NCBI GenBank assembly: GCA_024137785.1
Contig: JAHRHZ010000267.1
Coordinates: forward strand, 14,149,454-14,213,453
DNA length: 64,000 nt
Source of the DNA: Ginglymostoma cirratum
Lineage: Eukaryota
Direction: 5' to 3'
A model generated the notes under the pieces. That model saw only the letters and a program-made list of their open reading frames with translations, had not been told where the DNA came from and did no database searches. This document shows, in pieces, positions 60,229-64,000 of the stretch (position 1 is the first letter of the stretch; each line of letters begins with the position of its first letter). Made by a program: the position numbers and the translations under genes.

Positions 60229-60824
60229 ATCAGAACGAACATTTTACCTGCATAGAGGAATGCCGGATTTTAGGTCACTCAGACAGATGTTGGATGCCAC
60301 GGGTCGCTGTAGCAAGCCGTGCCAAATCACCTGAACGTGGAAAAAATGTTATTGCACTGTCGATAGAGACCACCACTGTGGACTCTGAACCCTATGAGAA
60401 TGGCAGCTCAAAGAGAACTTTTGCAACTTTTGGCAAAGACCCCAGGGATCGCATCACTGAGAATGATAAAACAGATTTAAAAGGAAAGAGGACATTTGAT
60501 CTACCCATCTGTAGCCCGAAAGTGAACGGCTCAGTCTCCAGCAGCCAGGAAACCAGTAACGGTATTGACATTTCAAGCCCCGCCAGCACACCTGTGCATT
60601 TGGGCAGCCCCTTGTCTAACAGGCCTGCAGTCACGTACTCTGTGATGCACTGCCCAGTAACGTGTGATCTCGACCGACCTGTCAATCCGGCCTCCTCACA
60701 TCTGTCAGAGCCAGGATCCAGGGAAGCAGACTCAGAGCATGTCCAAGAGATCAACCACCTCCTGCATGATTGCAGGGAAAAAGACTCACCAGGCATTAAA
60801 CGAATACAGGACATTGTGCTGTGA
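60229..60824 (+). CDS. pcdh19: Protocadherin-19 terminal coding exon (CM2 motif, WIRS motif, C-terminus DIVL)
   Basis: Acceptor ttgctacctccccAG at 60227-60228, phase 1. Encodes DQNEHFTCIEECRILGHSDRCWMP (CM2), NVIALSIE, KRTFATFGKD and SPGIKRIQDIVL, then TGA at 60822-60824. Colinear with the PCDH19 C-terminus. Confidence 0.96.
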
Positions 60825-63800
60825 TCAGTGGGCACCACCCATAATGCAGATAAATATTAACACCTTGACAGTTTGTTTTTCGCCTTCCTTCAATTTCATA
60901 TATGGCTGTATTTAAATGCTTTTTTTTCTAAGTGTACTTTTTACTCCCAATATTTTAGGACATTTTTCATTGGCATAGACAGAGTGGGGAAACTCTTAGC
61001 ATTTGAGCTCCCATGCAATTCCAAAATTAAATTCACCAAAATTGGATCAGATTAGATCAAACTACATCCATACAAATGCAGTTGTTTCAGATGCATTGAA
61101 GGACATTCTGTGCAGGCCAGTATAAGTTACAGCAAGCTTCAAATTGTAAGTGTGGCAGATATGGCTTATATCTTGAGAAGCTGCACTGAGAGGACTGGCC
61201 AAAGTAAAGTTAATTTTCAAAAATATGGAAAGTAAACCAGAATTCAAAGTCTTCTAACTACATTTCATGACTTATTGCTTATTCCAGTTTTGTAAGGCAA
61301 GCCATCGTAAGCTTACATCCCACAAAAGTACTATAGCTTCAGCTGTACTAATGGCATTATACGGTTTTTGTTAAGTGGATTCTCTTCCATAGTCTTCCTG
61401 TATGAAGTGAGTGACAGTCATTGTGTAACTTGTAAAAGCACAGTAGAACTGATTCAAGTACCCAATACCACCTCCAACCGCACCCAACACCCCCATCACT
61501 CATCCCGACATGTAACTCAAAGGTCTGAGACAAAATGTTCTGTAACAGAACGCTATTCCGTCTCAATAGAGGGATACCCCTCTAGCTTGCAGTATGAGAT
61601 ATTATATATGTGCAACTGACGGCACCACACATGAATGGCGAATTGTGTTCCATTCAATCAGGTGCCTATGTCTTATAAATATCCCCTGACTCTGCTAGCC
61701 ATAATTACACTCATGATACAAGGGGCATGCTGAGAAATATCAGCACTCTCACTTTATAAATAAGAATTTTATATTGATGTATTAATAAATGTAAAATGTT
61801 GATTATTAGCATGGGTACAGAGACAAAACAGTACCCATTCCAGTGAAGCAGTCTGATATATACTGTTGATGTGGCACATTACTGAGCTTCTTTGTGTCTT
61901 GAAGTATGTGGCATCATACCAGTTGCAGGGCTGAACTTATTCCAGAAATTGAAAGCAGGAAAAGAAAACATTATCTATTGGAATAATTATTGAGGTGGAA
62001 TTGATCATCATGGAAATAGTCCATGTACTATTTAAATGCTGTAAAACTCTTCAAAATATTTATTAAAATTTTAAAGTCGTCTAGCCTCTTTGTCAAAAAA
62101 CAATTCCCTTCAATTAAGCTGATAGTGTGTCTTACAGCCAAAGCGTCTACAGAATATTCATACACAGTGTTCAGAGGAGGTGAATCTTCATTTCAATCCA
62201 TTTTTTTCAGAATGTTATGAATTTGTTATGAATTTCCTGTTTTCTAAATTAAAAGTTCAATTCCCACCCAGCGAATGAGGCGCAGTGCCATACAAGGCTG
62301 ACACACCCACTTTGAAAACTTTTCTGAGCTTGTCAATGGTTGTAAATCTGAAATTATAAACAAGAAGCTGCACTAATTGGTTTATTTTTTAAATATTCGT
62401 CAAAGTTGAAGTATTCTAGGTCCAGTTTTTTATATGTGTTCAGGCGTTCACTGAGATAACAACCTAAAGATGACTTTTACAGGACAAGCTTTTTGCCACA
62501 AATTGACCTGTTGATATTTGGGATGTTAATTAATTAGGATCAACGGGTTATATAATTAGAAAAATAGGCCTTATGATCACAACAGCTATTAGTTGTGCCT
62601 TCAAGTTGTATGACTTTGTACTATCCAGTGATGAGTAGATCACTATTATATGTTCTGAGGTGTATAGTTGACAGGTCATGATTTTTTGGGTGGTGGGGAT
62701 AAGGGGAGGTGTTAATAAGAGGCAAATTGTAAATAAATCTGAGGAACTAGCAGCTGCCATCCCTCAATTTGTGCCTGTTGTTACAACTTTGATAATGGTT
62801 AAATCTCCAGAACAAGTCCCAAGTTTTAAAGGTTTGTTCATTTGGCACTGTCTGCTGTTGACGTCTGAACTGTCATAGTGTTAATATTTGTAAATTTGAG
62901 TACATTTTCAGGGTGGCCATTTATTGCTAGTGCATTTAATTAAAATGTTCTGCAAGACTGATCCCCATGTTTGCGATCAGTTGTAAATCTTGAATGAACT
63001 CAAAAACCTGCAGCAAGAGAACAACAGCAAAATAAACCACAGAGACTACAGCAGCACAGTAGAGTCCCATTGGCTGCCTTCGTGTTTTTAGTCCAAAAAT
63101 CCCAACAGAGACAAACAATCAAAAACCCACTTTCCAGTGTGTATAAGAAGGTTTATCAGTTTAGAGGCAGGTCACTTGGATTCCCAGCAACCATCATCAA
63201 GGTCAATCAATTGCAATTCTTCACACAGCGCTTTGCAGAGGAGTGAACTGCTGTACCATTTCTGCCTTTGAGAGCATGTCCAACTCAACCTGCCACTGAC
63301 TGTAGTACTCAACTTTCAAAATGCAACGTTTAGTACCAATCAGAAAGGAATGGCGGTGGCAGTGGCTCGTAAGCCAGGCAAAATGGAGCAACACAGAAAC
63401 CTGGCGACAAAGAAATCACTGAGCATCAGAGTCCAAGTTGAGAGGGAGGAGTCAGCTGTTGGAGGTCTACCTGCCCTGATGGTTTTATGAATGACGTATC
63501 ATGTTGACCAACTGCAGAAGAATGATCATGGAAAACTAAGAAAGGAGCAGTTAAATTTTGGGAAACTTCTACAGCTTGCCTACTGCTTGCAAAACTCTAA
63601 TTAATATAATTCCTACATTGCTTTGAGTAGTTCATTTTTTTAATAAGTGCAATGTCCGCCAAACTCAATGTCTGTTGATCTGTGTCTCTCCAGTTTATCT
63701 GTCAAGTTTCACGCTATTTCCATCCATATGATAAGTCCATTCTGTAGCAGTGCTAACTAATTCACAACATGCAACTCCTTGCCTTTGTTAGTTTCAATCT

Positions 63801-64000
63801 GAAGGTCTTTTGCATAAAGATGTGTAGTTTAATGAGTGGGGCTGTTTCTATCATTTTAAAGGAGAGCCAACATCCTTTTATTGGAATATACATTTTTATA
63901 TTAAAGATCCTGGCAGGCATAATGTAGATGGGGAGGGCTTAAGTGCGAAAATGAATGATGTGAGAACAGTTTTCCTGGTTAACCCTTTGAGGACTAAGGT
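60825..64000 (+). other. pcdh19: Probable pcdh19 3' UTR (end undefined)
   Basis: Follows the stop codon, is AT-rich and contains no repeat I can recognise, unlike the introns. Candidate AATAAA at 61784-61789. Confidence 0.55.
61784..61789 (+). promoter_or_regulatory. Candidate polyadenylation signal AATAAA
   Basis: Canonical hexamer about 960 nt after the stop codon. The AT-rich context makes a chance match possible. Confidence 0.3.

Noticed and set aside
1-64000. Remaining short ORFs, CRISPR arrays or prokaryotic operons
   Set aside because: Eukaryotic intronic DNA; the ORFs are chance frames or repeat remnants, and no regularly spaced repeat-spacer array was seen.

Overview
AT-rich vertebrate genomic DNA, most likely from a cartilaginous fish (shark), judged from its HE1/V-SINE, Deu-domain SINE, CR1 and Penelope repeat content. 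The window holds the 3' part of a protocadherin-19 (pcdh19) gene on the + strand: three coding exons (23576-23634, 29263-29435, 60229-60824) joined in frame by GT-AG introns, followed by a probable long 3' UTR. The first two exons are missed by the ORF track. The introns are packed with decayed CR1, L2 and Rex-type LINE fragments, tRNA-derived SINEs, a Gypsy LTR remnant and Tc1/mariner-type MITEs. The most unusual content is a set of Penelope-like retroelement derivatives from at least three sequence families. Each family carries a minimal hammerhead-ribozyme-like core, and copies are repeatedly inserted as asymmetric fold-back palindromes between 8-17 bp target-site duplications (TSDs). Examples include a 2.1 kb GIY-YIG-encoding hairpin 210 bp upstream of the last exon, and one insertion that captured an inverted copy of its own flanking host DNA. 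All alignments and family assignments were made by eye; repeat boundaries are approximate unless a TSD or terminal inverted repeat (TIR) is quoted.
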